Shown: positions 1 through 8,569, counted from the stretch's first letter. The stretch is 32,241 nt of DNA from Candidatus Krumholzibacteriota bacterium (GCA_039714075.1 JBDLKA010000034.1:1-32241); one strand, 5' to 3'. Notes: generated by a model from the letters alone, not told the origin. Translations and numbers: made by a program.

Positions 1-75
1 AGCGTCGGCGTCGGCGGGCATCAGCGGACGGATATGGATGGACCGGCCGTCCTTGAGAACGATGTTGCGCTCCAT
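1..75 (-). CDS. 5' part of a probable GNAT-family N-acetyltransferase (runs off window)
   Basis: Manual translation MERNIVLKDGRSIHIRPLMPADADA resembles the 'LKDGRxxxIRPLxPxD' GNAT N-terminus; AGGAAAGG RBS upstream of ATG at 75. Confidence 0.6.
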   Translation of the reverse strand, partial: MERNIVLKDGRSIHIRPLMPADADA

Positions 76-105
76 GATTTCCTTTCCTGTTGACCGGCTC
101 CGGGT

Positions 106-609
106 TCAGGCGACCGGGGCCGGCGAGGCGTCGAGCAGGGATTTCAATCCCCGCAGCACCCGGTGGAGGCAGGCGGGGTACGCCCGCGCTACCGGGGGAG
201 TCAGGCCCTTGCCGAAAGTCAGGTCGTCGACGATTTCCACCGCGAAAACATGGATGTCGGAATCCCGGGGAAGCTTCATGCCCAGGCTCCGTCCCAATGC
301 CAGGGCGGTGGCGAAGTTGGCATCGTGTACGTTACACAGATTGGCTGTCTCCCGCAGGTCGGCGGCGGTGAACCGGTAACACGTTCCCGGCTTGCCGCCC
401 CTGGTGTGGATGGCGTCCAGGACGACGGCCTGCTCGAAACCCTCCAGGTAATCCAGAAGGTTCAGCCCGCCTACGCTGCACTCCTCGACAACCACCACGT
501 CCGGCCGGTCGCACAGGGCCAGGTTGACGTCTCGCGCCAGGCGCACTCCCACCGAATCGTCGCTGAGGATGGGATTGCCCATACCGATAATGGTGGTGGT
601 TGCCCGCAC
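106..609 (-). CDS. [NiFe]-hydrogenase maturation endopeptidase (HycI/HyaD family)
   Basis: GMGNPILSDDSVG, VVLDAI and NVHD motifs; directly downstream of the large-subunit gene; GTG start with GGAGG RBS. Confidence 0.92.
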   Translation of the reverse strand: MRATTTIIGMGNPILSDDSVGVRLARDVNLALCDRPDVVVVEECSVGGLNLLDYLEGFEQAVVLDAIHTRGGKPGTCYRFTAADLRETANLCNVHDANFATALALGRSLGMKLPRDSDIHVFAVEIVDDLTFGKGLTPPVARAYPACLHRVLRGLKSLLDASPAPVA

Positions 610-618
610 ACCCGCCTC

Positions 619-2088
619 CTAACCGATGCCCCGCTGGAATGTCCGCACCGTTTCGCCGCCCTGCACGATGTCCACCTGGAGCGGCATTTTGCCGGGCAGA
701 CTGTGGGTGGCGCAGCTGTAGCAGGGATCGAAGCTGCGGAACGCCATTTCCACCAGGTTCAGCACGCCCTGGTCGGGTTCGACCCCCGGCTTGATCATGG
801 TGGCGGCCACCTTTTTCGTGACCATGTGGATCGCCGCGTTGTTGTTCGTCGTGCCGACGATGAGATTGGCGCTGGTGCAAATCCCGTTGTCGTCGCAGGT
901 GTAGTGGTGGGTCAGGGTGCCGCGCATGGCCTCGACGATGCCCACGCCCTCACCGGTAATATTGTCGGGCACCACACGGAACTCATCGCCGGTGATTTCC
1001 GGGTCGTCGCAGTAACGTTGCAGCATCTCGGCGTTCTGTACCATTTCCACCAACCGCGCCCAGTGCGAGGCCAAAAGGGCCTTGCAGGGACGGCCGCCCA
1101 GCGTGGCGAACATTTCCTCGTAGGCTTCCTGGGCCTTCGGTGTGGCCATGCGCTCGGCCACGTTCAGGCGGCTGAGCGGGGTGGCGGTGTAGAGGGGGCT
1201 GTCCTTGCCCTCGACGAAGCCCTGCCAGCCGCGCTGTTTCAGGTAGGGGAACTTCAGGTAGGTCCAGGGTTCCACGTGCTCGGCCACGTGGTCGGCGTAC
1301 TCGTGCTCGTTGTACCGGCAGATCTCCTGGCCCTCGCAGTCCACGACGCGCACCTGGCCGTCGTAGAAGTTCGGCGCCAGGTTCTCGTCGACCAGGCCCA
1401 TGTTGTGGACGTTCAGGGTGTAGGGCCCGTTCAGGATGAGATCCACGTACCCCTCGTTGCCCAGGACGACATCCTTGAACAACTGCAGAGAGAACTGGGT
1501 GAATTCGTAGAGGTTGGCCACCAGGGGTTTGATCTCTTCCAGTTCCTCGGTTTTCAGTCCCTTGGACACGCCCCCGGGAATGCACCACACCAGGTGGGTC
1601 GTGCGTCCGCCGATGATCTGCTGGATCCGCTGTGCCTGGCTGCGGGCCTCGATGACCTTGCCGCCGATTTCCAGACCGACCTTGGCCACCACGCCCAGGA
1701 TGTTGCGCTGGGCCGGATCGGAATCCGGACCGCACACGAAATCGGGGGCGGCCAGGGCGTAGAAGTGGGCCGTGTGGCTGTGGATGTAGTGGGCGTGGTA
1801 GTACATGTCCCGCAGCTTGTGGGCCAGGGGCGCCACCTGCCAGCCGAAGCATCCGTCGACCGCCTTGGCGCTGGCCATGTGATGGCTGGCCGGACAGACC
1901 CCGCAGATGCGCGTGACGATTCGCGGCAGCTCCTCGATGGGCCGTCCCTCGACGAAACGTTCGAAACCGCGCAACTCGGGAATCTGGAAGTAGCAGTCCT
2001 CGACCGCGCCGTCGTCGTCCAGGAAGATCTGGATCTTGCCGTGGCCCTCGAGACGGGTGATGGGATCGATGGCGATTTCCCTGCTCAT
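619..2088 (-). CDS. mvhA: Group 3c (Mvh/Vhu-type) [NiFe]-hydrogenase large subunit
   Basis: Start reassigned to MSREIAIDPITRLEGHG (ATG 2088, AGGAG RBS); L1 RICGVCP and L2 FDPCYSCATH followed by a cleavable C-terminal extension; EAMRGTLTHHY. Confidence 0.93.
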   Translation of the reverse strand: MSREIAIDPITRLEGHGKIQIFLDDDGAVEDCYFQIPELRGFERFVEGRPIEELPRIVTRICGVCPASHHMASAKAVDGCFGWQVAPLAHKLRDMYYHAHYIHSHTAHFYALAAPDFVCGPDSDPAQRNILGVVAKVGLEIGGKVIEARSQAQRIQQIIGGRTTHLVWCIPGGVSKGLKTEELEEIKPLVANLYEFTQFSLQLFKDVVLGNEGYVDLILNGPYTLNVHNMGLVDENLAPNFYDGQVRVVDCEGQEICRYNEHEYADHVAEHVEPWTYLKFPYLKQRGWQGFVEGKDSPLYTATPLSRLNVAERMATPKAQEAYEEMFATLGGRPCKALLASHWARLVEMVQNAEMLQRYCDDPEITGDEFRVVPDNITGEGVGIVEAMRGTLTHHYTCDDNGICTSANLIVGTTNNNAAIHMVTKKVAATMIKPGVEPDQGVLNLVEMAFRSFDPCYSCATHSLPGKMPLQVDIVQGGETVRTFQRGIG

Positions 2089-3068
2089 CACTGGCTCCTT
2101 GTGCTGCGCTGAAGGGTGGATGCCGGCAGACCGAAACGGTAGGCGTAGCCCATCACGTCGGGGATCTCGTCCAGAACGCGCTCCATTTCCCCGGCGTTGC
2201 GGCTTTCGACGATCGAACTGACGGCGCTGATGAACTTGGCGCCCTGGTCCTTGACGTTGGGGGGCGGGCCGTAGCAGCCGCGGCAGGGCATGCCGCTGTC
2301 GGGGCAGCGCACGCCGCAGCCGGCCCGGGTCACCGAGCCCGCACAGATGATGCCCTGCTCCAGGAGGCACTTTTCAGGATCCTGGATGATCTGCCAGGGG
2401 CGCCGGAACTGCGTGACTTTCTTCTCGTCCTTGCGGCGCTCGCACTCGTCGCACAGGGCGCGGTCGCTTGCGCCCACCACCGACCCGGGCCGCGGCAGGT
2501 CGCCGGTCGCCACCGCCAACAGGACCGCCTTGATCTGTGCGGGAGCCGGAGGGCATCCGGGCACGAAATATTCCACCTGGACGACGTCGGACAGCCGGCG
2601 CACCGCACCGTGGAAATGGGGAATCTCCAGGGTGCCGGACGCCACCTTCTTCTCGGCCACCGGCAGCACCACGTTGTCCTCTTCGATGGACGGATTATCC
2701 AGGTAGGCGCGGTTGAAGATCTCCTCGCGGCTGCACTCGTTGGCCAGACCGGGGATGCCTCCCAGATGGGCGCAGCTGCCGAGGGCCACCATGACCTTGG
2801 TCTTGCGCCGCAGCAATTCGGCGATTTTCCGGTTCTCGCTGTTGCGCACCGCGCCGTTGAACAGCACAAGGTCCAGTTCGCCGTCGTCCATGGCCTCGAC
2901 ATCGGCGTATTTGCCGTCCACGGCGATGGGCCACAGGCGGATGTCCGCCAGTTCCGCCACGTCGAGAATGAAGGCGTCGGTGTCGAGCACGGCCACGTCG
3001 CAGCCGCCGCAGGCCGCGCCCCAGTAGATGGCGATCTGCAGCTTCTTCTTTTCCGTTGTTTCAGCCAT
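2088..3068 (-). CDS. mvhG: Mvh-type hydrogenase small Fe-S subunit
   Basis: ACGGCD, GSCAHLGG, VPGCPP, CDEC, CLLEQGIICAG..GCGVRCP..PCRGCYG; no Tat signal; TGATG coupling to mvhA. Confidence 0.92.
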   Translation of the reverse strand: MAETTEKKKLQIAIYWGAACGGCDVAVLDTDAFILDVAELADIRLWPIAVDGKYADVEAMDDGELDLVLFNGAVRNSENRKIAELLRRKTKVMVALGSCAHLGGIPGLANECSREEIFNRAYLDNPSIEEDNVVLPVAEKKVASGTLEIPHFHGAVRRLSDVVQVEYFVPGCPPAPAQIKAVLLAVATGDLPRPGSVVGASDRALCDECERRKDEKKVTQFRRPWQIIQDPEKCLLEQGIICAGSVTRAGCGVRCPDSGMPCRGCYGPPPNVKDQGAKFISAVSSIVESRNAGEMERVLDEIPDVMGYAYRFGLPASTLQRSTRSQ

Positions 3069-3531
3069 GGGTCACCTCCCGGACGACGGGGGCGTCGGGA
3101 TGGGTTCCCGGCTCGAGCGAAAGATCCGGCGGAAGTTCCAGCGGCCCGAGTTCCTTCAGTTCGGCCGTCATGGTGTCCACCAGCCGGGCGAAACGCTCGC
3201 CCTCGCTGGCGCTGACCCACTCCAGGCGCAGCCGCTGTTTTTCGATCCCGTAAGAAACCATCAGTCTCTTGAGCAACTGGAAGCGCCGGTAGGCCTTGTC
3301 GTTGCCTTCCAGGTAATGGCAGTCTCCGGGATGGCAGCCGCAGATCATCACCCCGTCCGCGCCCGAGGCGAAGGCCTGCATGACGAAGGTCGGATCGACA
3401 CGGCCCGAACACATGACGCGGATCACCCGCAGGTTCGGCCGGTGTTTGATACGCGCGGTTCCCGCCAGGTCGGCGCCCGTGTACGAGCACCAGTTGCAGA
3501 GAAAACCGACTATGGTTGGCTCGAACTCCAT
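3061..3531 (-). CDS. mvhD: MvhD/FlpD [2Fe-2S] adaptor subunit
   Basis: FLCNWCSYTGAD, VMCSGRVD, GCHPGDCHY, WVSASEG motifs. Confidence 0.95.
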   Translation of the reverse strand: MEFEPTIVGFLCNWCSYTGADLAGTARIKHRPNLRVIRVMCSGRVDPTFVMQAFASGADGVMICGCHPGDCHYLEGNDKAYRRFQLLKRLMVSYGIEKQRLRLEWVSASEGERFARLVDTMTAELKELGPLELPPDLSLEPGTHPDAPVVREVTHG

Positions 3532-5243
3532 GCCAGGACTCCTTCGATCTGTTCAAGGATCTGCTCGTCGGTGAAATGGCGCGCGGCGATGGCCCCGCTG
3601 GGGCAAGCGGCGACACACGTGCCGCAGGCTTTGCAGAGCGCGCTTTGCACATCACTGCGGCCCTCGTCGGGGTCGTAGGCGATGGCGGTGTAGGGACACA
3701 GTTCGTTGCATACGCGGCACCCGGAGCACAGGTCGCCGTCGATCTGGGCGTAACGGGCGTCGACCTCGACCTTGCCCTGGGCGATGTAGCCCAGCACCAT
3801 GGCCGCCGCGGCGCGGGCCTGGGCCACGGTATCGGGGATGTCCTTGGGCGACTGGCAGCAACCGGCGATGAACACGCCCTCGGTCGGCGTCGAGACCGGC
3901 GCCAGCTTGGGGTGGCTTTCAATGAACCAGCCTTCGACATCCTGGCTGATGCCCACCGTGCGCGCGACCTGATCGCTGTCGGCGCGGGCCTGCATGCCCA
4001 CCATCAGCACCACCAGGTCGGCCGGGACATCGATGGTTTCTCCCGACAGCCTTTCCCGCACCTGAACCAGCAGGCCGCAGTCGTCGCCCGCCTCGGCGGC
4101 CCTGACCACGGGGTAGTCCTCCTTCTCGTACATCAGGAACATGGTCTTCAGTTCGGAAGTGCGGCGGTACAGATCCTCGCCGCCCTTGCCGAAACTGAGC
4201 ATGTCGACGTACAGGTCGGTGACCATGGCCTCGGGCAGGGCGGACTTGATCTCGTGACCGTATTTCAAGGCCGTCATGCAGCAGACCCGCGAGCAGTAGG
4301 TGTGATACTTCACGTTGCGGGAGCCCACGCAGTGAACGATGGAGACATAACGCGGCACCCGGCCGTCGGCGGTTTCCAGCCGGCCCGAACGCAGCCGCTG
4401 CTCGAGTTCGAAGCTGGTGATCACGTCCAGATGCTTGCCGTAGCCCAATCGCTCGACGCGGGTGGCGTCGAACTCGTGGTATCCCGTACAGACGACCACG
4501 CTTCCCACCGGAAACTCCGTATCGGAGCCGTCCTGGTGGGTGACCGTGCCGGTGAAATTTCCCACGAATCCCTGCAGGTCCGTCAGGGTCGAACGAAGAT
4601 GGACATCGATGCGGGGGTTGGTCTCGGCCTGGACGATTTTTTCGGCCAGCAGATCACGCGCCGAATCGAGATACGGGGCCGTCAGATCGACGCGGCCCAC
4701 GTTGCCGCCCAGCCGGCCTTCCTGTTCGATCAGGTGCACGTGCTGCCCGGCGTCGGCCAGCTCCACCGCGACGGTCAATCCGGCGATGCCGCCTCCCAGG
4801 ACCATGGTCGCCGGGGTGTAGGGGGCCTCCTGTTTCTCCAGTGGCTGGTGCCGGGCAACGCGGCGGACGGCGGCGTGGGTCAGGTCCGCCGCCTTGGCCG
4901 TGGCCTTGGCTGGGTCGTCGTGCACCCAGCTGCACTGCTCGCGGATATTGGCCATCTCCAGCATGAAGGGATTCAGTCCGGCGGCTTCGAGCGCCTTGCG
5001 GAAGGTCGGCTCATGCATGCGGGGGCTGCAGGCGGCGACCACCACGCGGTCCAGACCGTGCTCCTTGATGTCCTGGGTGATCATGTCCTGTCCGGGATTG
5101 GAGCACATGTACTTGTAGGTGCGGGCGCAGGCTACTTCGGGCAGGTCGGCCACCCGGTGGCAGACCCTTTCGGCATTGACCACCTTGGCGATATTCGTCC
5201 CGCAGTTGCAGATGTAGACGCCGATGCGGCACTCGTCGTTCAT
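3510..5243 (-). CDS. hdrA: HdrA-family FAD/Fe-S protein (paralogue 2: intact N-terminal Cys domain and C-terminal ferredoxin, no inserted ferredoxin)
   Basis: RIGVYICNCG, YMCS, AACSP, EQCSW; GGGIAG FAD motif; HCVGSR..YCSRVCCMTALK; GCCQSPKDIP; C-terminal CxxCxxCxxxCP twice. Confidence 0.92.
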   Translation of the reverse strand: MNDECRIGVYICNCGTNIAKVVNAERVCHRVADLPEVACARTYKYMCSNPGQDMITQDIKEHGLDRVVVAACSPRMHEPTFRKALEAAGLNPFMLEMANIREQCSWVHDDPAKATAKAADLTHAAVRRVARHQPLEKQEAPYTPATMVLGGGIAGLTVAVELADAGQHVHLIEQEGRLGGNVGRVDLTAPYLDSARDLLAEKIVQAETNPRIDVHLRSTLTDLQGFVGNFTGTVTHQDGSDTEFPVGSVVVCTGYHEFDATRVERLGYGKHLDVITSFELEQRLRSGRLETADGRVPRYVSIVHCVGSRNVKYHTYCSRVCCMTALKYGHEIKSALPEAMVTDLYVDMLSFGKGGEDLYRRTSELKTMFLMYEKEDYPVVRAAEAGDDCGLLVQVRERLSGETIDVPADLVVLMVGMQARADSDQVARTVGISQDVEGWFIESHPKLAPVSTPTEGVFIAGCCQSPKDIPDTVAQARAAAAMVLGYIAQGKVEVDARYAQIDGDLCSGCRVCNELCPYTAIAYDPDEGRSDVQSALCKACGTCVAACPSGAIAARHFTDEQILEQIEGVLAWSSSQP

Positions 5244-5253
5244 GTCGCCCTCC

Positions 5254-6402
5254 TCAGGCGGTCTGGGCGGCCGGCTGTGGCCGCTCTTCGGTTTCTTCTT
5301 CGGCCAGCAGGGCCTTCTCGCGCATGGTCGAGAAGTACATCGCCAGCGGCCGGTAGGCCATGTGGGACCATTTGCTGAACGGCACCTCGAGCACCAGCAT
5401 GGGCACCACGCCCATCATGTGGGCGATGTAGACGACGTTGGCCGCCGTGGTCCACCCGCCACGGTGAAGAACGTGCTGGATGATGCCTGTCACCGACACC
5501 ACCAGCAGTAGCACCAGGAAGATCCAGTCCGTTTCATGGCTGTGCTGATAGTGGGTCCAGGTCTTTCGCACCCGGCCGGCCAGGGCGTAGATCGTCGTTC
5601 CCACCAACCCGGCCGCGGCGAGGTAGCCGAAGGCGTGGGCCTTCCAGTCGATGGCCGGCCCGTGCTGCACCCGGTGCAGGAAGAACATGATCAGGATCAG
5701 CATGGTCAGATAGCTGAGCATCAGCACCAGATGCACCGCCCAGGGTTGTTTGCGGTCGCACTGGCTGTAGCGGTGCTGGGTGATGAAGTGCCAGGGCACC
5801 AGGAACAGCTGTTTGATGTATTCGCCCGGCGGAATCCTGACCTCCTTGTCGGCACCGACGGTGTACCACCACATGCGCACGCAGTTGATGCCCAGCAGGA
5901 CCACCAGCACGCCCGCCATGACCCAGTCGAAGACGTGGATTTTTTCCGCCGGCAAAAACGCGCCCGGGCCGTCGTAGATGTTGATGTCGCCCTGCGCCAT
6001 TCCGAACAGCGTCAACCCCAGCCCGGTCAGCAGCGCCACCAGCACGATGGCCAGCAGTTCCGCCTTCGCGCTGCGGTAGAACAGACCGGAGATGCCGGTG
6101 AAATCGTAGCGGGCGGTCAGCCAGCGCCGCATGCTCATCATCGTCTCGCCGGGTTCCGCGCCGCGGGGGCATTCCTCCGAACATTCGCCGCAGTAGTAGC
6201 ACAGCCACGGCTCGAGGTTGCCCTGCAGCCGGGACGACAGCCCGAGCTGCAGGTAGCGCATGGATTTGCGGGGGAAGACGAATACGTCTCCGGAGAACGG
6301 ACAGGTGGCGCTGCAGTTGCCGCAGTGGTAGCACTTCACCACGTCCTGGGCGCCGTACTTCTCCAGCTCGTCGATCAGGTGTGGGTTGGCTCGGATGGCC
6401 AT
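5254..6402 (-). CDS. qmoC: QmoC-like protein: HdrC-like 2x[4Fe-4S] domain plus heme-b membrane anchor
   Basis: Start reassigned to MAIRANP (ATG 6402, GGAGGAG RBS); CYHCGNCSATCP and CYYCGECSEECP; about six hydrophobic helices with His residues; VPFSKWSHMAYRP NarI/HdrE-type end. Confidence 0.85.
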   Translation of the reverse strand: MAIRANPHLIDELEKYGAQDVVKCYHCGNCSATCPFSGDVFVFPRKSMRYLQLGLSSRLQGNLEPWLCYYCGECSEECPRGAEPGETMMSMRRWLTARYDFTGISGLFYRSAKAELLAIVLVALLTGLGLTLFGMAQGDINIYDGPGAFLPAEKIHVFDWVMAGVLVVLLGINCVRMWWYTVGADKEVRIPPGEYIKQLFLVPWHFITQHRYSQCDRKQPWAVHLVLMLSYLTMLILIMFFLHRVQHGPAIDWKAHAFGYLAAAGLVGTTIYALAGRVRKTWTHYQHSHETDWIFLVLLLVVSVTGIIQHVLHRGGWTTAANVVYIAHMMGVVPMLVLEVPFSKWSHMAYRPLAMYFSTMREKALLAEEETEERPQPAAQTA

Positions 6403-8246
6403 GGCTCCTCCTGTGTTTTGATGCTCGCCAGACGGGCCGCGGTGTCGGCCGCCTCCTCCGGCGAAACCGAATCGCGGCCCACGCGGACCGAACCGCTGAT
6501 GATGCTGCCCAGCACCCTTGCGGCCACGGCCGAGGCCTGGGCCACGGTATCGGGAATGTCCTTGGGCCCCTGGCAGACGCCCGCCACGTGGATGCCCCCG
6601 CGGTTGGTGGCCGTGGGGTCGGTGTTGTAGTTGAGTTCGGTGAACCAGCCGTCGCAGCCGGGATGGATGTCCAGCACCTTGGCCAGTCTCTGGGCGCCCC
6701 GGGCGGGCTCGAGGCCCACCGCCAGCAGCACCATATCCACCGGGAATTCCCGGATGCGGTCGTGGACGACGTCTTCGCCACGGATGACCATGCCGTCGGT
6801 GCCGGCCTCGATACGCGCGGTGCGGCCCCGGACCACGAACACGCCCTCGTCCTTGATGCGTTCGAAGAACTCCTCGTAGCCTTTGCCGAAGGCGCGCATG
6901 TCGATGTAGAACTGGTAACAGGCGGCGTCGGGAAGCTTTTCCTTCACCAGATGCGCGAACTTCAGCGAATACATGCAACAGACGCGCGAACAGTAGGGGT
7001 TGTGGTTCTGGTCCCGCGAACCCACGCAGTGGATGATGGCCACGCTGCGCGGCGCCGGGGCCTCGGTGTCGAACACCCACTCCTCCTGTTTGGTCTTGCG
7101 TTTGCGACGTGCGGTGCGGGTCACGATGCGTCCGCCGGTGGGGCCGGAGGCGTTGGTCAACCGCTCGAATTCGAGGGCGGTCAGCACGTTGGGCAGCTTG
7201 CCGTACCCGTAGCGCTCGATGAGCTCTGCGTCAAAGGTGTCGAAACCGGTGGCCACCACGATGTTGCCCACCGTCAATTCCTCCGAATGCGGCTCTTCAT
7301 CCAGGTGGATGGCGTCCTTGGGACACTTTTTCACGCAGGCCCCGCACTTTTTGCCTTCGGATTTGACCCACAGACAGTTTTCCCCGTCGACCACGTAGGA
7401 ATTCGGGATGGCCTGGGGAAAAGCCATGTAGATGGCCTTGCGCTCGACGATGCCTTCGTCGAATTCGCTGGGCACCCGCACCGGGCAGACGTCGCGGCAG
7501 GCGTGGCAGGCGACGCAGGCCTCGGGATCGACACGGCGCGCCCTCCGCAACACCCGCACCTTGTATTCACCCGCCACACCGCCGACGTCCTGCACCTCGG
7601 AGCAGTTCAGGATGTCGATGTTCTCGTGCTGCCCCGCCGCCACCATTTTCGGGGTCAGGATGCAGGCCGCGCAGTCGAGGGTAGGAAAGGTCTTGTCGAA
7701 CATGGCCATGTGGCCGCCGATGGTGGCGGCTCGTTCGACCAGGTGCACCTTGTGGCCGGCGCCGGCGATGCGCAGGGCCGTTTCGATGCCGGCGACCCCG
7801 GCGCCAATGACCAGGGTATCGGGATGGACCGGCACGCGGGCCGGTGTCACCGCCAGCCCGAACGGTACTCCGTGGACGGCGCAGGCGACCGCCGCCAGAG
7901 CGGAGTTTTCGGCCGCGCCCGTGGCGGCCCCGACCTCTCCGAAGGAAGCCAGCCGGACAAGCTCGGGATCTCCGCCGGCCATGACCATGGCCCGGGTGAA
8001 GACAGGCTTGTGTCCTCCGGGAGTGTCGCCCGCGATGACGACCTCGGTCAGTTGGAGACGCTGGATGGTTTCAGCCAGGATTTTCGGATCGGGTCTGGCC
8101 TCGGGGTCGAGCTCTTCCACGGCCGCCACGTCCGGGAGCTCACGGGCGAAGGCCATGATCCGGGGGATATCCAGTCCGTCAAGGCGGCCGGTGTCGGCGT
8201 GTGAAAAGAAGATGCCGATTTTTTTGGGGGACGCGGTGGGGGCCAT
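6375..8246 (-). CDS. hdrA: HdrA-family FAD/Fe-S protein (paralogue 1: Cys-free N-terminal domain, inserted ferredoxin, no C-terminal ferredoxin)
   Basis: Start reassigned to MAPTASPKK (ATG 8246, AAAGGA RBS); GAGVAG, DKTFPTLDCAACIL, CVACHACRDVCP, CGACVKKCP, CVGSRD..YCSRVCCMYSLK, DMRAFGKGYEEF, GVCQGPKDIP. Confidence 0.92.
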   Translation of the reverse strand: MAPTASPKKIGIFFSHADTGRLDGLDIPRIMAFARELPDVAAVEELDPEARPDPKILAETIQRLQLTEVVIAGDTPGGHKPVFTRAMVMAGGDPELVRLASFGEVGAATGAAENSALAAVACAVHGVPFGLAVTPARVPVHPDTLVIGAGVAGIETALRIAGAGHKVHLVERAATIGGHMAMFDKTFPTLDCAACILTPKMVAAGQHENIDILNCSEVQDVGGVAGEYKVRVLRRARRVDPEACVACHACRDVCPVRVPSEFDEGIVERKAIYMAFPQAIPNSYVVDGENCLWVKSEGKKCGACVKKCPKDAIHLDEEPHSEELTVGNIVVATGFDTFDAELIERYGYGKLPNVLTALEFERLTNASGPTGGRIVTRTARRKRKTKQEEWVFDTEAPAPRSVAIIHCVGSRDQNHNPYCSRVCCMYSLKFAHLVKEKLPDAACYQFYIDMRAFGKGYEEFFERIKDEGVFVVRGRTARIEAGTDGMVIRGEDVVHDRIREFPVDMVLLAVGLEPARGAQRLAKVLDIHPGCDGWFTELNYNTDPTATNRGGIHVAGVCQGPKDIPDTVAQASAVAARVLGSIISGSVRVGRDSVSPEEAADTAARLASIKTQEEPWPSEPTHT

Positions 8247-8551
8247 GATGGTCGCGGTCCTTTCTCGGGCGTGCCCATGACCGGGCGTGTGCCGGTGCCG
8301 CGAGAATCCGCTCCCTGCTTTGTCGTGGTGGCGTCCTTCGCTGTCGGGTGATCCTTCTAGGTTGTCGACCTTCATCAGTTGGGGCGCGAACCCTCGGGAT
8401 TACTTGAATCCTTACTGAAAAGCCTACTGAAAGGTTGTTAATTATTCAAGCAAAAATAATAAAAAATTAACGAACAAAAGGACGAAAAACCGACCTTTGG
8501 GTGGGAAATTGGAAAAACACACCTCAAAATAGGGTTTTTTTGGGGATATTT

Positions 8552-8569
8552 TTGTTAAAGAGTTAACAT
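8552..8569. promoter_or_regulatory. Rex-like operator palindrome TTGTTAA-AGAG-TTAACAT
   Basis: One mismatch to the TTGTTAA-N4-TTAACAA Rex-box variant; in the AT-rich region upstream of the hdrA operon. Confidence 0.6.

Noticed and set aside
2089..2370. N-terminal extensions in the ORF track for mvhA (also qmoC, hdrA', DUF4197 and the dockerin gene)
   Set aside because: They overlap upstream genes or lack homology; downstream starts have an RBS and family-typical N-termini
3510..3531. Programmed frameshift fusing HdrA'' to MvhD (QmoB-like)
   Set aside because: mvhD has its own GGAG RBS and ATG; no slippery site; a short overlap also occurs at hdrA'/qmoC
163..8204. Long plus-strand ORFs (163-2112, 3516-5378, 5536-6630, 6381-8204)
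   Set aside because: Antisense shadows of high-GC genes; no motifs, while the minus strand has clear family signatures
619..8246. Selenocysteine in Mvh/Hdr subunits
   Set aside because: All relevant positions are Cys (DPCYSC, MvhD motifs, DCAAC); no in-frame TGA is needed
8340..8400. CTGATGA-containing leader as a fluoride riboswitch or hammerhead
   Set aside because: The required flanking stems and motifs could not be identified by eye
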